From contig CAYNJC010000017.1 of NCBI GenBank assembly GCA_964397565.1, positions 15,753 to 79,752 of the forward strand: a stretch of DNA of 64,000 nt, read 5' to 3'. Positions 1 through 9,231 of this stretch are shown here, piece by piece. Under the pieces are notes generated by a model. That model ran no database searches. It worked only from the letters and a program-made list of their open reading frames with translations, and had not been told where the DNA came from. The DNA is from an uncultured bacterium (GTDB taxonomy: Bacteria; Auribacterota; UBA3054; JAPLST01). The position numbers and the translations under genes are program-made. Positions within the stretch are counted from its first letter, which is position 1; each line of letters starts with the position of its first letter.

Positions 1-70
1 TTAACGGTAAGGTCAATACGGCCAATTGCATGCCGGCCAACGTCACGGCTGTGGCGCACACAATCACCCT

Positions 71-2722
71 TCATTGACTGAATGTATGCCATTGCTGTGC
101 GCCATGGTGCCGGCGCATGTGGATGATGAGTGCCAGCATGAGCAGGCCGGTGAAACATGGTTCGGGGACGACGCGCGGCACCAACTCGTCGCTGACCGGC
201 GTCAAGCCCGCCGCTTGAAATTGCGCGTCCGTCTCGAGCACCACGGCGCCGGAGACGGGCGTGACCACATGCTGCGCCGTTGCCAAAACGACGGCGTTGC
301 TGGTCGCGCTGGCGCGGCGCTGGCCGCACAAGATGTGCACTTGATCGTTGGCCCACAACCGGGCCACGTGCGCGTCGGCGCACATGCTGGCGGTGTTGAA
401 GCCGGGATTCTCACACCAGCGCACGACGCGCACCGCGGATGCCGCGGGCTGCCATTGCGCCAGCAGTCGTTCGAGATCATGCGCCGGTTGGCCGAACCGC
501 GTGGCGCTCTGCAAGGCAACCAGACCGTTGAGTTGCGCGGCCAGTGCATTCGGGCCGGTGCCGCATTGCAGATCAACGATGACGGGCGACCACGGCTGGC
601 GCGCAAGCCGCTGGCGCAGGGCCTCGATGTCGCGCGATTGCAGCGGTTGCGTGGCATGCAACCAGACAATCACGCTGGGTGCGCGCGCGGCGGCAAGATC
701 CCAGGCGCGCGTCAGTGCGTGCGCGTTGTCGCAGCCGCCAGCATACGTCAGCGCATCCAGCGCGGCGGTTGCCTGCGCATGCGCGGCCGGTGTCCACCAT
801 GTTGGCGGTAGCAGCTCGCGCACGGTGTCGCCGGCGCCAAGCAACGCAACCTCGACACCCGCCGGCAGGGCGCGCAACGCGTGATATACCATATTGGTAT
901 ACGCCGCCATCCGCCGGGATTGATCAAGCACCAGCACAATCCGTTGCGGCGCGGCGGCATTGGTCGCGCTGATATGTTGCCGGACCACCCTGTTGGACGC
1001 CGCATCCAGCCAGGCCCACGCATCGGTGCGTTGCGCATCACGCGTCACACGTACGGCCTGAATCTGGTCGAGCGCGGCGGCGCCCAAGTTGCCACGCAAG
1101 ACCCAGCTATCGTCACGCGCGGCGCACACCATGCCGGTCACCGGCTGCAGCAACTGCACGGTGGCCGGTGCTTCAAGCCAGAGACCGTGCTCCAACCCGG
1201 TGCGGGTCGTAAAATTGCGTTCGCTGAAATACGGCAGGCGCACAAGCCCTTCTGACAATGTCGGCAGGGTCAAGGGCACGGTGATGCCGATCCGCACTTT
1301 CATGGTGCCATTATTAGGTGGCACGGGGAAGCACTGCACCAAGACTTGATCGCGCCCGCTGGTGGTGACCAGAATTGGATCGCGGCGTTGCTGGACGATG
1401 TCTTCATACGCCTTGCGCGCCTGGGCGCGCGGGGCAAAGGCCGCTTCGCGCGGCGTGTCGTTCACCCACAACGTGACGCGCGAGACGACCGCATCCGGCG
1501 GCAAGACGACTTGGGCGCGCGCCTCGTGCTGCACGGCCGCGTTGTTGCGAAAAACCATCGTCCATTCGAGGTAGGCCGTGGCGGCGTCTGGATCCACCCT
1601 GCCGTCCAATCGCGATTGATCGAGCGATAATCCGCGCAGGCGCGCGGCGACGGCCTCGCCGCCTTGGTCATAGTCAAAGTGCTCGACATTCGCCATGCGC
1701 GTGCGCGGGCCGCTGATGGCAGGCGGGGCGACCGCATTGTACGGCACGCCAGTGACGCGGTAATAGATATCTTGTGCCTGTGCTGCGGTGACGTCCGGGC
1801 CGCTGATGCGGAACAGCAAGGTCAATAAATCAATGGCGAAGCGGCGTTGCAGGTAACATGCGCGCAGGATGTCAGCGTGATTGCCGGCCACGCGCAGTAC
1901 CTGGATGCCGCGCGCCTGGGTTGCGTCGTTCTCGCTGACGGCCATTTGCATGCCGGCCAGTGTCACGGCCTTGGGCACGTCCAGCACCAGCAGTGCCAGC
2001 ACGCCGATCAGCAGGCCACACCACGCACCGCGCAGGCGCACGCCGACGGCGGCCGCGCGCTGGCGTAGTCTCTTGCGCAACGAGAAACCGGTGAGCAGTG
2101 CCAGCAGCGGCGCCAGCGGCAGCAAGCCAAGGCCGCACATCACAATGCCCACGATCGCGAACGGCGTAAAGGGCAAGAAGCCCAGCGTGTAATACAAACT
2201 AATGCCGAGCGCAATGCTGTTGGTCCACGCGAGTATGCGCCAGTTGCGGATCTGGTCGCGCCGCAAGGCCAGACAGGCAAGCAAGTTTGCGGGCGGAATG
2301 CAGGCCACCAGCACGACATGCCAGACGGTCGGCAAGGGATCGAACAATTCAGTGGTGCAGACGCCGGTCAGCAATTCAAAGAGCCAGGCGAACAACGGCA
2401 AGGCCACGCCACACGCGATGCAGGCGACCAATGCAAAACCGGAGAGCAGCGGCGTGGTCTGGGCGCACGTAGCCGGCGCGGGCGGCGCGAACTGATTTGG
2501 CGCATCGCACGTGGCCGCCGGGTCCTGCATGCCGGACAGCAGGCGCAGCACATCCTCGCGCGTAAGCATTGCAATGCCGGCGCGCGCGGCCTCTTCGGTG
2601 ATGTGGCTGCGCAAATCATCCAACACTTCCGCGGGATCGGCGCCAGCAGCGACAAACCGGGCACGGTTGCGTTCGCAATACTCGATCAATTCTGCTTCGG
2701 CGGGGGAAGTCCACAGTGTCAT
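71..2722 (-). CDS. PadR-partnered multipass membrane protein with VIT-like + von Willebrand A-like ectodomain and C-terminal PEP-CTERM-type anchor
   Basis: Track ORF 71..2761, but the 2761 start is TTG; an ATG at 2722 lies 1 nt after the PadR stop. Soluble helical N-terminus (MTLWTSPAEAELIEYCERNRARF...). About 5 hydrophobic spans. VIT-like block (YLEWTMVFRN...VSRVTLWVND...GTMKVRIGITVPL). vWA-like block (RIVLVLDQSRRM). C-terminus VVPEPCFTGLLMLALIIHMRRHH. Confidence 0.6.
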   Translation of the reverse strand: MTLWTSPAEAELIEYCERNRARFVAAGADPAEVLDDLRSHITEEAARAGIAMLTREDVLRLLSGMQDPAATCDAPNQFAPPAPATCAQTTPLLSGFALVACIACGVALPLFAWLFELLTGVCTTELFDPLPTVWHVVLVACIPPANLLACLALRRDQIRNWRILAWTNSIALGISLYYTLGFLPFTPFAIVGIVMCGLGLLPLAPLLALLTGFSLRKRLRQRAAAVGVRLRGAWCGLLIGVLALLVLDVPKAVTLAGMQMAVSENDATQARGIQVLRVAGNHADILRACYLQRRFAIDLLTLLFRISGPDVTAAQAQDIYYRVTGVPYNAVAPPAISGPRTRMANVEHFDYDQGGEAVAARLRGLSLDQSRLDGRVDPDAATAYLEWTMVFRNNAAVQHEARAQVVLPPDAVVSRVTLWVNDTPREAAFAPRAQARKAYEDIVQQRRDPILVTTSGRDQVLVQCFPVPPNNGTMKVRIGITVPLTLPTLSEGLVRLPYFSERNFTTRTGLEHGLWLEAPATVQLLQPVTGMVCAARDDSWVLRGNLGAAALDQIQAVRVTRDAQRTDAWAWLDAASNRVVRQHISATNAAAPQRIVLVLDQSRRMAAYTNMVYHALRALPAGVEVALLGAGDTVRELLPPTWWTPAAHAQATAALDALTYAGGCDNAHALTRAWDLAAARAPSVIVWLHATQPLQSRDIEALRQRLARQPWSPVIVDLQCGTGPNALAAQLNGLVALQSATRFGQPAHDLERLLAQWQPAASAVRVVRWCENPGFNTASMCADAHVARLWANDQVHILCGQRRASATSNAVVLATAQHVVTPVSGAVVLETDAQFQAAGLTPVSDELVPRVVPEPCFTGLLMLALIIHMRRHHGAQQWHTFSQ

Positions 2723-2723
2723 A

Positions 2724-3110
2724 TCAAGCTCCGGCAAGGGTTGAGCGATCGCTGTTTTCAAGCAGCACCGCCAGATAATTGTTCATCAAGCGTGCCGTGG
2801 CGCGGCCTTTAGCGGTCAGGGCATAATACTTGCGGGCCGGGCCTGCGGACGATTCCTCCAAGCGCGTGTTGACCAGTTTTTGCACGCGCAGGCGCGAGAG
2901 CAAGGGATAGATGGTGCCCTCGGTGATGCTCCAGCCGAGCATGCGGGTCAGGCTTTTGACCAGATCGTAGCCGTAGAATTCGCGCTGGGCCAGGGCGTTC
3001 AGAATGCACACTTCCAGCAGGCCTTTGCGCACCTGCACGGTCCAGTTGTCGAAGTACTCGTCCTGGTCGCGGACGAGGTGGGGGGTAGCAAGCGCAGTCA
3101 TGGCGGGCAT
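2724..3110 (-). CDS. PadR family transcriptional regulator
   Basis: LEVCILNALAQREFYGYDLVKSL...ITEGTIYPLLSRLRVQKLV...YYALTAKG matches the PadR winged-helix pattern. The start is taken at the internal MPAM; the track ORF extends to 3173. Confidence 0.8.
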   Translation of the reverse strand: MPAMTALATPHLVRDQDEYFDNWTVQVRKGLLEVCILNALAQREFYGYDLVKSLTRMLGWSITEGTIYPLLSRLRVQKLVNTRLEESSAGPARKYYALTAKGRATARLMNNYLAVLLENSDRSTLAGA

Positions 3111-3529
3111 TCCTGGGTGTGTGCGCGCGGCGTGCGCGGCGCGTGAGTAACGGTGCCAAGTACATTGTATCACAAAGTACCATGCGTGTCAAGCGGGGAG
3201 GGGCGGCGCGCCCAGATCCGGCGCCGCGCGCCGAAAATCGCGTTACCGTGGCCACGCGTGTCTGCCGCTGCCGCGCCACGCATCGGCCGCATCAGCTCCT
3301 CCACCGAATACCGATTACTGAACACTGATCGCTGATCTTGGTAGGTGCGCAGGTAGGAAGGATGTTGCTACGCCACACCACCGTCATCGCCTCCGCCGCG
3401 ACCGGGCGGGAATGCACGGTCGGCCTTGCAGAAATCACATTTACGAGTTGCCGAAATCAGGTGGCGCAGCGGTGGCGACCCCGTCAGAGAATGAATGCGG
3501 CCGGCGCTCTTGGATACGTAGTGCTGCGG

Positions 3530-4528
3530 TCACCCGCGCGGGGCGGCAACGAAGGCCGGGAAGATATCCGCGTCCAGCGTGCTGGCGCCGCGCGCGCCAT
3601 ACACTTGCCAGCCGCGATAGGCAATCATGCGTGCGTTGTCGGTGCAGAGCGCAAAAGATGGCAGCAGCACGCGCACGCCCTGCCGTGCGCCCTCGGCGAG
3701 AAAGTGTTCACGCAGGCGCGTGTTGGCGGTGACGCCGCCGCCCAGCACGACGGTCGCGCGCCGAAAATGGCGGGCGGCACGCAGCGTTTTCCGCACCAGC
3801 ACGTCAACGATGGCCTCCTGGTACGCAGCGGCGACGTCCGGCAGGTGGGCTTCCGGATGGTCGCGCCGGAAATAGACCAAGGCGGTCTTCAACCCGGAGA
3901 AACTGAAATCCCAACTCTGATCATGCAGCATCGCGCGCGGAAAGGCATACGCGCGGGGATTGCCGCCGCGGGCCAGCTCTTGGAGGGCCTGCCCGCCCGG
4001 ATATCCCAAGCCGAGGAGCTTTGCGCCTTTATCGAACGCCTCGCCGGCGGCGTCATCGCGCGTGCGGCCCAAAACCGTGTACTGCAACGCGTCGTGAATA
4101 TCCACCAGCAGCGTATGCCCGCCGGAGACGACCAGCGCCAAAAACGGCGTATGCACCTCTGCTTCCGCACCGGCAGCATACATGTGCGCCTCGATGTGAT
4201 TCACGGCGACGAACGGCACGGCCAGCCCGGCCGCCAGCGCCTTGCCGTAACTCAGCCCGACGATCAAGGCGCCCGCCAAGCCCGGACCGGCAGTCGCGGC
4301 GACATGGGTGATCGCAGCCAAGGCAATGCCCGCGTCGGCGCAGACGGCGTGGGTCAGCGGTGAAATGGTTTCGAGATGGCAGCGACTGGCCAGTTCCGGC
4401 ACCACGCCGCCATAGGGCGCATGCACGGCAAGTTGGCGCGCAACACGCTCGAAAAAGCGGCCGGATTCGGGATGATACAGCGCAGCGGCCGTCTCGTCAC
4501 ACGAGCTTTCAAGGCCGAGCACCCACAT
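3530..4528 (-). CDS. tsaD: tRNA N6-adenosine threonylcarbamoyltransferase (Kae1/Gcp family)
   Basis: MWVLGLESSCDETAAAL..., GLSYGKALA, VNHIEAHMY, VVSGGHTLL: canonical TsaD blocks over the full 332 aa. Confidence 0.9.
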   Translation of the reverse strand: MWVLGLESSCDETAAALYHPESGRFFERVARQLAVHAPYGGVVPELASRCHLETISPLTHAVCADAGIALAAITHVAATAGPGLAGALIVGLSYGKALAAGLAVPFVAVNHIEAHMYAAGAEAEVHTPFLALVVSGGHTLLVDIHDALQYTVLGRTRDDAAGEAFDKGAKLLGLGYPGGQALQELARGGNPRAYAFPRAMLHDQSWDFSFSGLKTALVYFRRDHPEAHLPDVAAAYQEAIVDVLVRKTLRAARHFRRATVVLGGGVTANTRLREHFLAEGARQGVRVLLPSFALCTDNARMIAYRGWQVYGARGASTLDADIFPAFVAAPRG

Positions 4529-4530
4529 GG

Positions 4531-5031
4531 CTAGGGCTTTTGCGCCGCAGGCGGGGCGGATGTGGTCGTGGGGCCGGGCGCGGCCTCGAGTGGGGTGGTG
4601 GCAGCGAGCGCGCGCTGCCGGGCGCGCTCTTGTTGCGGTTGCGCAAACTCGATCCGGTAAATCGGATAATTCTCGTCGAGCTTGAACTCATACCAGCGAA
4701 TGAATTGCATGTCGCTGTCGCTTTCGCCGATCGTCATATAGTAGTCAAACGGATAGGCGGCCTCCTGCTTGAAGAACTTGGTGATCTCCGCCAGCGGTCG
4801 GTCGCCTTTGTCCTTGAAGCGAATGGAACGCTCAACCCAGGTGCGCCCTTTCATGCTGCGCGGCGTGGTGCGGAAGTCAATCACATCCTTGGGCGTATAG
4901 CCGATTTTGTTGAACGACTCATCAATGGATGCTTGCGACACCGTGACGCGCTCGTCAAAGGAGGTGCAGGCGCACAGCCCCAGGCAGATGGTCAACGGCA
5001 GGAGCCGGCTAATCAGTGGATGCATGGTCAT
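4531..5031 (-). CDS. Putative lipoprotein, unknown function
   Basis: The internal start MTMHPLISRLLPLTICLGLCAC gives a signal peptide plus a lipobox-like Cys. Its ATG lies 1 nt after the upstream protease stop. Pro/Ala/Thr-rich tail. Confidence 0.5.
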   Translation of the reverse strand: MTMHPLISRLLPLTICLGLCACTSFDERVTVSQASIDESFNKIGYTPKDVIDFRTTPRSMKGRTWVERSIRFKDKGDRPLAEITKFFKQEAAYPFDYYMTIGESDSDMQFIRWYEFKLDENYPIYRIEFAQPQQERARQRALAATTPLEAAPGPTTTSAPPAAQKP

Positions 5032-5032
5032 C

Positions 5033-6412
5033 TCATGGTGGAGCGTTAGTGACAGCGGGCAGCGCAACCGGCGCGGCGGGCATTTCCATGAAACGCGCAA
5101 GGCCGCCGCTGCCCAGCACGCGCAAAGCGTTGAGAATATCAACGGCGCGTTCCAATTGGGTGTCGCGCGCGGCGCGCAATGCGTCATAGTGCGCGCGCTC
5201 TGCTTTCGTCAGCTGGGCCGGGTCTGCTTTCCGAAAGGCGTTTGACCGTTTCTCAATCAGCTTGATCTCGTCATCCAACGTGAGCTGCACGTCGATATGC
5301 GGGTAAATGCCGGTGCCGTGAATGCAGACGCCCGAGGGTGTATAGTATTTCGCCGTGGTCAGCCGCAACGAGCAGTTGTTGTTGCCGATCGGCAGGACGG
5401 TCTGCACCGAGCCCTTGCCGAACGTTTTGCTGCCGATCACCAGGCCGCGCTGGTTGTCCTTGATCGCGCCGGTCACAATTTCCGAGGCGCTGGCCGAGGC
5501 CCCGTTCACCAGCACGACCAGCGGCATGCGATACTGTGCGCCCGCGCCGCTCGCGCGAAATACTTGCTCGTGACGCAAGACCCGGCTGCGCACCGAGACA
5601 ATCACCGTGTTGCTCTCCAAAAACATGTCCGCCATCTTGATGGCTTCGACCAAGAGACCGCCACCGTTGTTGCGCATGTCCAACACCAGCGCCCACATGC
5701 CTTGCGTGACCAAGCCGTCAATCGCGGTCTGCAGTTCGCTGGCGGTGGTCTTGTCAAAGGCCGTCACGCGCACATAGCCGATGTGATTAGTCGGATCAAT
5801 GATCGCGGCGTCGCGCACGCGTTTGACTTTGATGACCGCGCGCGTCAGGGTGAAGTCTTTGAGCTCGCGCCGCTCCTGCAATCGGCGTTGGATGGTGAGA
5901 CGCATCTCCGTGCCGGGCTTGCCGCGCATGCGTTTGATGGCCTCGTTGATGCTCAGGTTGCGCGCGCTCTCGTCGCCGATCTTGACAATCTGATCGAACG
6001 GCATCAGCCCGGCCTCGGCCGCCGGCGTGCCTTCGATCGGTGCGATCACTGTCAAGTATTCGTCGCGGATGCCCAGTTCAATGCCGATCCCGCCGAATTC
6101 GCCCTCGGTCTCGATTTTCAGTTCCTCGGTTGCTTCCGGCTCCATGAATTCGCTGTGCGGATCCAGCGCGCGCATCAGGCCGTGCAGCGCATTGTACATC
6201 ACATTGGTCGGATTCACCTCATCCACATATTCGCTCTCGACGATCGTCAGGCACGACGCGAATAAATCGAGAAACGGGAACAATTCTTGCGGCGCGGGGG
6301 CGGGGGCGGTGTCAGACGCGCTTGCGGGCGCGGCCGCGCGCACCAGCGTGGCCAGCGCAAGACCAATCAGCCACGCGCGGGTGGCACAGCTGCGGATAGT
6401 CAAGTTCATCAT
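5033..6412 (-). CDS. ctpA: Carboxyl-terminal processing protease (peptidase S41)
   Basis: Signal peptide. PDZ-like block (GGIGIELG...GTPAAEAGL). S41 core (LVLDMRNNGGGLL, VVLVNGASASASEIVTGAIKD, GSKTFGKGSVQ). Confidence 0.85.
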   Translation of the reverse strand: MMNLTIRSCATRAWLIGLALATLVRAAAPASASDTAPAPAPQELFPFLDLFASCLTIVESEYVDEVNPTNVMYNALHGLMRALDPHSEFMEPEATEELKIETEGEFGGIGIELGIRDEYLTVIAPIEGTPAAEAGLMPFDQIVKIGDESARNLSINEAIKRMRGKPGTEMRLTIQRRLQERRELKDFTLTRAVIKVKRVRDAAIIDPTNHIGYVRVTAFDKTTASELQTAIDGLVTQGMWALVLDMRNNGGGLLVEAIKMADMFLESNTVIVSVRSRVLRHEQVFRASGAGAQYRMPLVVLVNGASASASEIVTGAIKDNQRGLVIGSKTFGKGSVQTVLPIGNNNCSLRLTTAKYYTPSGVCIHGTGIYPHIDVQLTLDDEIKLIEKRSNAFRKADPAQLTKAERAHYDALRAARDTQLERAVDILNALRVLGSGGLARFMEMPAAPVALPAVTNAPP

Positions 6413-6651
6413 CCAGTGCTCCTTTAAAGGAAAAGTATAGCAAGCTGGCCGGCGCGCGTCAAACGCCCCTTAATACTCTGCACTTTCGCTACAAGGTAAA
6501 GGCGTTGGTGAGAGAAGTCCGGCCGCTGCGGTTGCAGAGTCCGGCCGTCCCGCTTCGTCACCCTGCTGCCGCAGGCGACCCCGCGCCCTTGCAGCGTGGG
6601 TGAAGAAGATTGACCACCGCAAGAGCGGAATTGTGAATATCTGCCCAGTGT

Positions 6652-6680
6652 TTGGCTTTTCAACCCCGTTTTGCTACAAT
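6652..6680 (+). promoter_or_regulatory. Putative sigma70-type promoter of panB (TTGGCT-17-TGcTACAAT)
   Basis: TTGGCT at 6652-6657, 17-nt spacer, extended -10 TGcTACAAT ending at 6680, about 37 nt before the panB ATG. Confidence 0.4.
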
Positions 6681-6716
6681 ACCTTATGCTAATCATGGTC
6701 AAAACGACGTGAGGAA

Positions 6717-7538
6717 ATGATGCAACAAGTGTCATCATCCGTGGCGGCGGCGCGTGGGCTTGCCGCGTTGCGCGCCAAGAAACAGCAGCGTGAGCGGATT
6801 GTCGCGCTAACGGCCTACGATTGGCTGACGGCCTCGTGGCTGGCGCAATGCCCGGTGGATTTCCTGCTGGTGGGCGATTCGCTCGCGAATGTCGTTGCCG
6901 GCCATCAGACGACCTTGCCGGTAACGATGGACGAGATGGTCTATCACACCCGCATGGTTGTGCGTGGCGCCGGTGTGGTGCCGGTGATTGCCGACCTGCC
7001 GTTCCTCTCGTACGAAGTGACGCCCGAGGCGGCCGTGCTCAATGCCGGCCGGCTGGTGAAGGAGGCTGGCGCGAGCGGTGTCAAACTCGAGGGTGGCGCG
7101 GATATGGCGCCGACGATCGAACGGATTGTGCGCGCCCACATTCCCGTCCTCGGCCACATTGGCCTGACGCCGCAATCTGTGCTCGAACTGGGCGGCTTCA
7201 AAGTGCAGGGCACACACGACAGCGACGCCGAGCGCCTGCGCGCGCATGCCCGGGCGGTGCAGGAGGCGGGTGCTTTCGCCCTCGTGCTCGAATGCATTCC
7301 GGGCGTGCTGGCCGCGGCGATCACGGCTGATGTGGCGATTCCGACGATCGGGATTGGCGCCGGGCCCGACTGCGATGGGCAGATTCTGGTCACGCAGGAT
7401 CTGCTGGGCTGGTTTGACCAACCCAAGAAATTTGTGAAACAGTATGCGCACTGTCGTCAGACCGCAACGGCGGCCGTCACCGCCTTTGCGGCGGATGTGC
7501 GCGCCGGGCGGTTCCCCGACGCCGACCACACCTTTTAA
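6717..7538 (+). CDS. panB: 3-methyl-2-oxobutanoate hydroxymethyltransferase
   Basis: ALTAYDWLTA...LLVGDSLANVVAGHQTTLPVTMDEMVYHT...VKLEGG...PVLGHIGLTPQS: canonical PanB. Confidence 0.9.
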   Translation: MMQQVSSSVAAARGLAALRAKKQQRERIVALTAYDWLTASWLAQCPVDFLLVGDSLANVVAGHQTTLPVTMDEMVYHTRMVVRGAGVVPVIADLPFLSYEVTPEAAVLNAGRLVKEAGASGVKLEGGADMAPTIERIVRAHIPVLGHIGLTPQSVLELGGFKVQGTHDSDAERLRAHARAVQEAGAFALVLECIPGVLAAAITADVAIPTIGIGAGPDCDGQILVTQDLLGWFDQPKKFVKQYAHCRQTATAAVTAFAADVRAGRFPDADHTF

Positions 7539-7542
7539 TCCC

Positions 7543-9210
7543 GTGCAACCGCCTGTGTACCGACGTCTCTCGAATGTCCTGTGGCTGACCCGCTCACGCG
7601 CCGTGCTAGCTGCGTGCGTGCTGGTGCTCCTGTGCAGCGGTTGTGCCCGGCGGATTGATCTGGCGGCCGTCTTGCGTGAGGCCAATGCGGCGTATGCACA
7701 GGGCGATTACGCCCGCGCCGCCTGGCTCTTTCACACGCTCAAGCAGCGTCGCGTCTTGCAGGACAACGCCGCGCTGCGCGTCAGTCTCGGGGCGTGCTAT
7801 CTCAAACTGGGCTGGCTGCCCTATGCCGGCGGCGAGTTCAGCCGCGCCATCGAGTTTGAGCGCACCAACGCAACCGCATGGCTTGGCCTGGGCACGGTCT
7901 ATGCCCACACCAACGACCAGCGCAAGGCGATTGATTGTTACCTGCAGGCGCAACAGTTCGAGCCCAAAAATGCCGCCCTGTACCGCAAGCTCGGCAATGC
8001 CTTGTTTGCCATCAAGGAGTATGCCCAAGCCGCCGATCATTACCTCTATGCGTGCTCGCTGGGCGACGAGAACGACGCCTTGTTCGCCACCGTTGGCCAT
8101 TGCTATGAGCGCACCTATCAATGGCAGAAAGCGGTCAATGCCTATCTCAAAGCCTATGCCTTGAACCGGCGCAACACCTATGTGGTGTTGCGCCTCGCAG
8201 TCCTGTATCGCGACCAGTTCAACAACATGGTGCAGATGAAAGTCTACTATGATATTCTGCGCAAGATCAACCCGCAAGTCGCGCATGCCGAGGCGCGCGC
8301 CTTCGAGGACCGCCTGCGCACCGCGCTGGTCTCCAATCCGCTCTTTGCGACCGGCGGCGCAACGTCCGCGGCGCCCACCCGCGCGAGCGGGGCGACTAAT
8401 GCCGTCACGCTGCTCTCGCACGACCAACAGCAAAGTCAGGCGGCGGCAGATCATTACGAGAAACTGGCCCGCGTCTCGATCCTGAACGATGACGCCAAAG
8501 GCGCCCTCAAGTATTTTACGCACGCATTCTCGAATGACACGACCCGCGTTCACTACCTCAAGGAGATCGCCGGCTTGTATGAAAAGTCGTTTCAGGATTT
8601 GAGCACGGCGCTCACGTTTTACGAGCAGTACCTGGCGGCCTACAAAGACAAGAACGAGCCGGAATTCGATCAAATGGTCAGCTATGTGCGCGCGTTGCGC
8701 GACCGCTATGTGCAGCAAGATGCCGAGCGCCAGCGGCGCCAAGCCGAGGATGAGCAGCGCGTGCGCGAAGAGACGGAGCGCCGCCAGCAGGCCGAGGCCG
8801 AGCGCCTCACGCAATATGAAGTTGCCAAGACGTCGGCCGAGACGTACAATAGCCTGCTGGACGAAGGCACGCGCTGCATGCGCAACGAGTCGCTGGATCT
8901 CGAGCGCGCGCGCCAGGCCTATCAAAAGGCGATTGCGCTCGATGCCAAGGTGCCCAATGCTTACTACAATCTTGGCTTGGTCTATCTGCGCATGACGAAT
9001 TTTGTCCAGAGCATTCCCTATTTCGAGAAAGCCCTCGAGCAGGACAAAACATTTGCGGACGCGCATTTGGCGCTCGGTATGGCCTATGAACGCCAGCGCC
9101 AGATCCCGAGCGCCATCGAGCATTATCAGCTGTACTTGGAAGTCGCACCGAATGGCGCACACGCCGACGCGGTCCGCGACTGGGTAACGCGCCACGCCGG
9201 CGCGCAATAA
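7543..9210 (+). CDS. TPR-repeat lipoprotein
   Basis: An in-frame GTG at 7543 just after the panB stop gives ...AVLAACVLVLLCSGC (lipobox). Multiple TPR-like units (AWLGLGTVYAHTNDQRKAIDCYLQA..., NAYYNLGLVYLRMTNFVQSIPYFEKAL). The track ORF start at 7444 overlaps panB. Confidence 0.6.
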   Translation: MQPPVYRRLSNVLWLTRSRAVLAACVLVLLCSGCARRIDLAAVLREANAAYAQGDYARAAWLFHTLKQRRVLQDNAALRVSLGACYLKLGWLPYAGGEFSRAIEFERTNATAWLGLGTVYAHTNDQRKAIDCYLQAQQFEPKNAALYRKLGNALFAIKEYAQAADHYLYACSLGDENDALFATVGHCYERTYQWQKAVNAYLKAYALNRRNTYVVLRLAVLYRDQFNNMVQMKVYYDILRKINPQVAHAEARAFEDRLRTALVSNPLFATGGATSAAPTRASGATNAVTLLSHDQQQSQAAADHYEKLARVSILNDDAKGALKYFTHAFSNDTTRVHYLKEIAGLYEKSFQDLSTALTFYEQYLAAYKDKNEPEFDQMVSYVRALRDRYVQQDAERQRRQAEDEQRVREETERRQQAEAERLTQYEVAKTSAETYNSLLDEGTRCMRNESLDLERARQAYQKAIALDAKVPNAYYNLGLVYLRMTNFVQSIPYFEKALEQDKTFADAHLALGMAYERQRQIPSAIEHYQLYLEVAPNGAHADAVRDWVTRHAGAQ

Positions 9211-9231
9211 CGGTTACGAGGAGAACGTACT

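Noticed and set aside
6424-6738. A 104-aa minus-strand ORF, or a possible ncRNA, in the 300-bp ctpA/panB divergent spacer.
   Set aside because: The ORF has no RBS or recognisable domain and overlaps the predicted panB promoter. I could not match the region by eye to SRP RNA, 6S, tmRNA or RNase P conserved motifs. An Rfam/Infernal scan would be needed.
7606-9207. Long antisense or overlapping ORFs opposite well-supported genes (also 26..811 +, 3338..4363 +, 9930..10946 -, 36606..38501 +, 43097..44101 -, 44792..45883 -, 54708..56591 -, 58909..59787 +, 61081..62166 +, 63159..63845 +).
   Set aside because: These are typical shadow ORFs of high-GC DNA. Their composition is low-complexity and Arg/Ala/Gly/His-rich, they show no recognisable motifs, and each fully overlaps a gene with clear family signatures.
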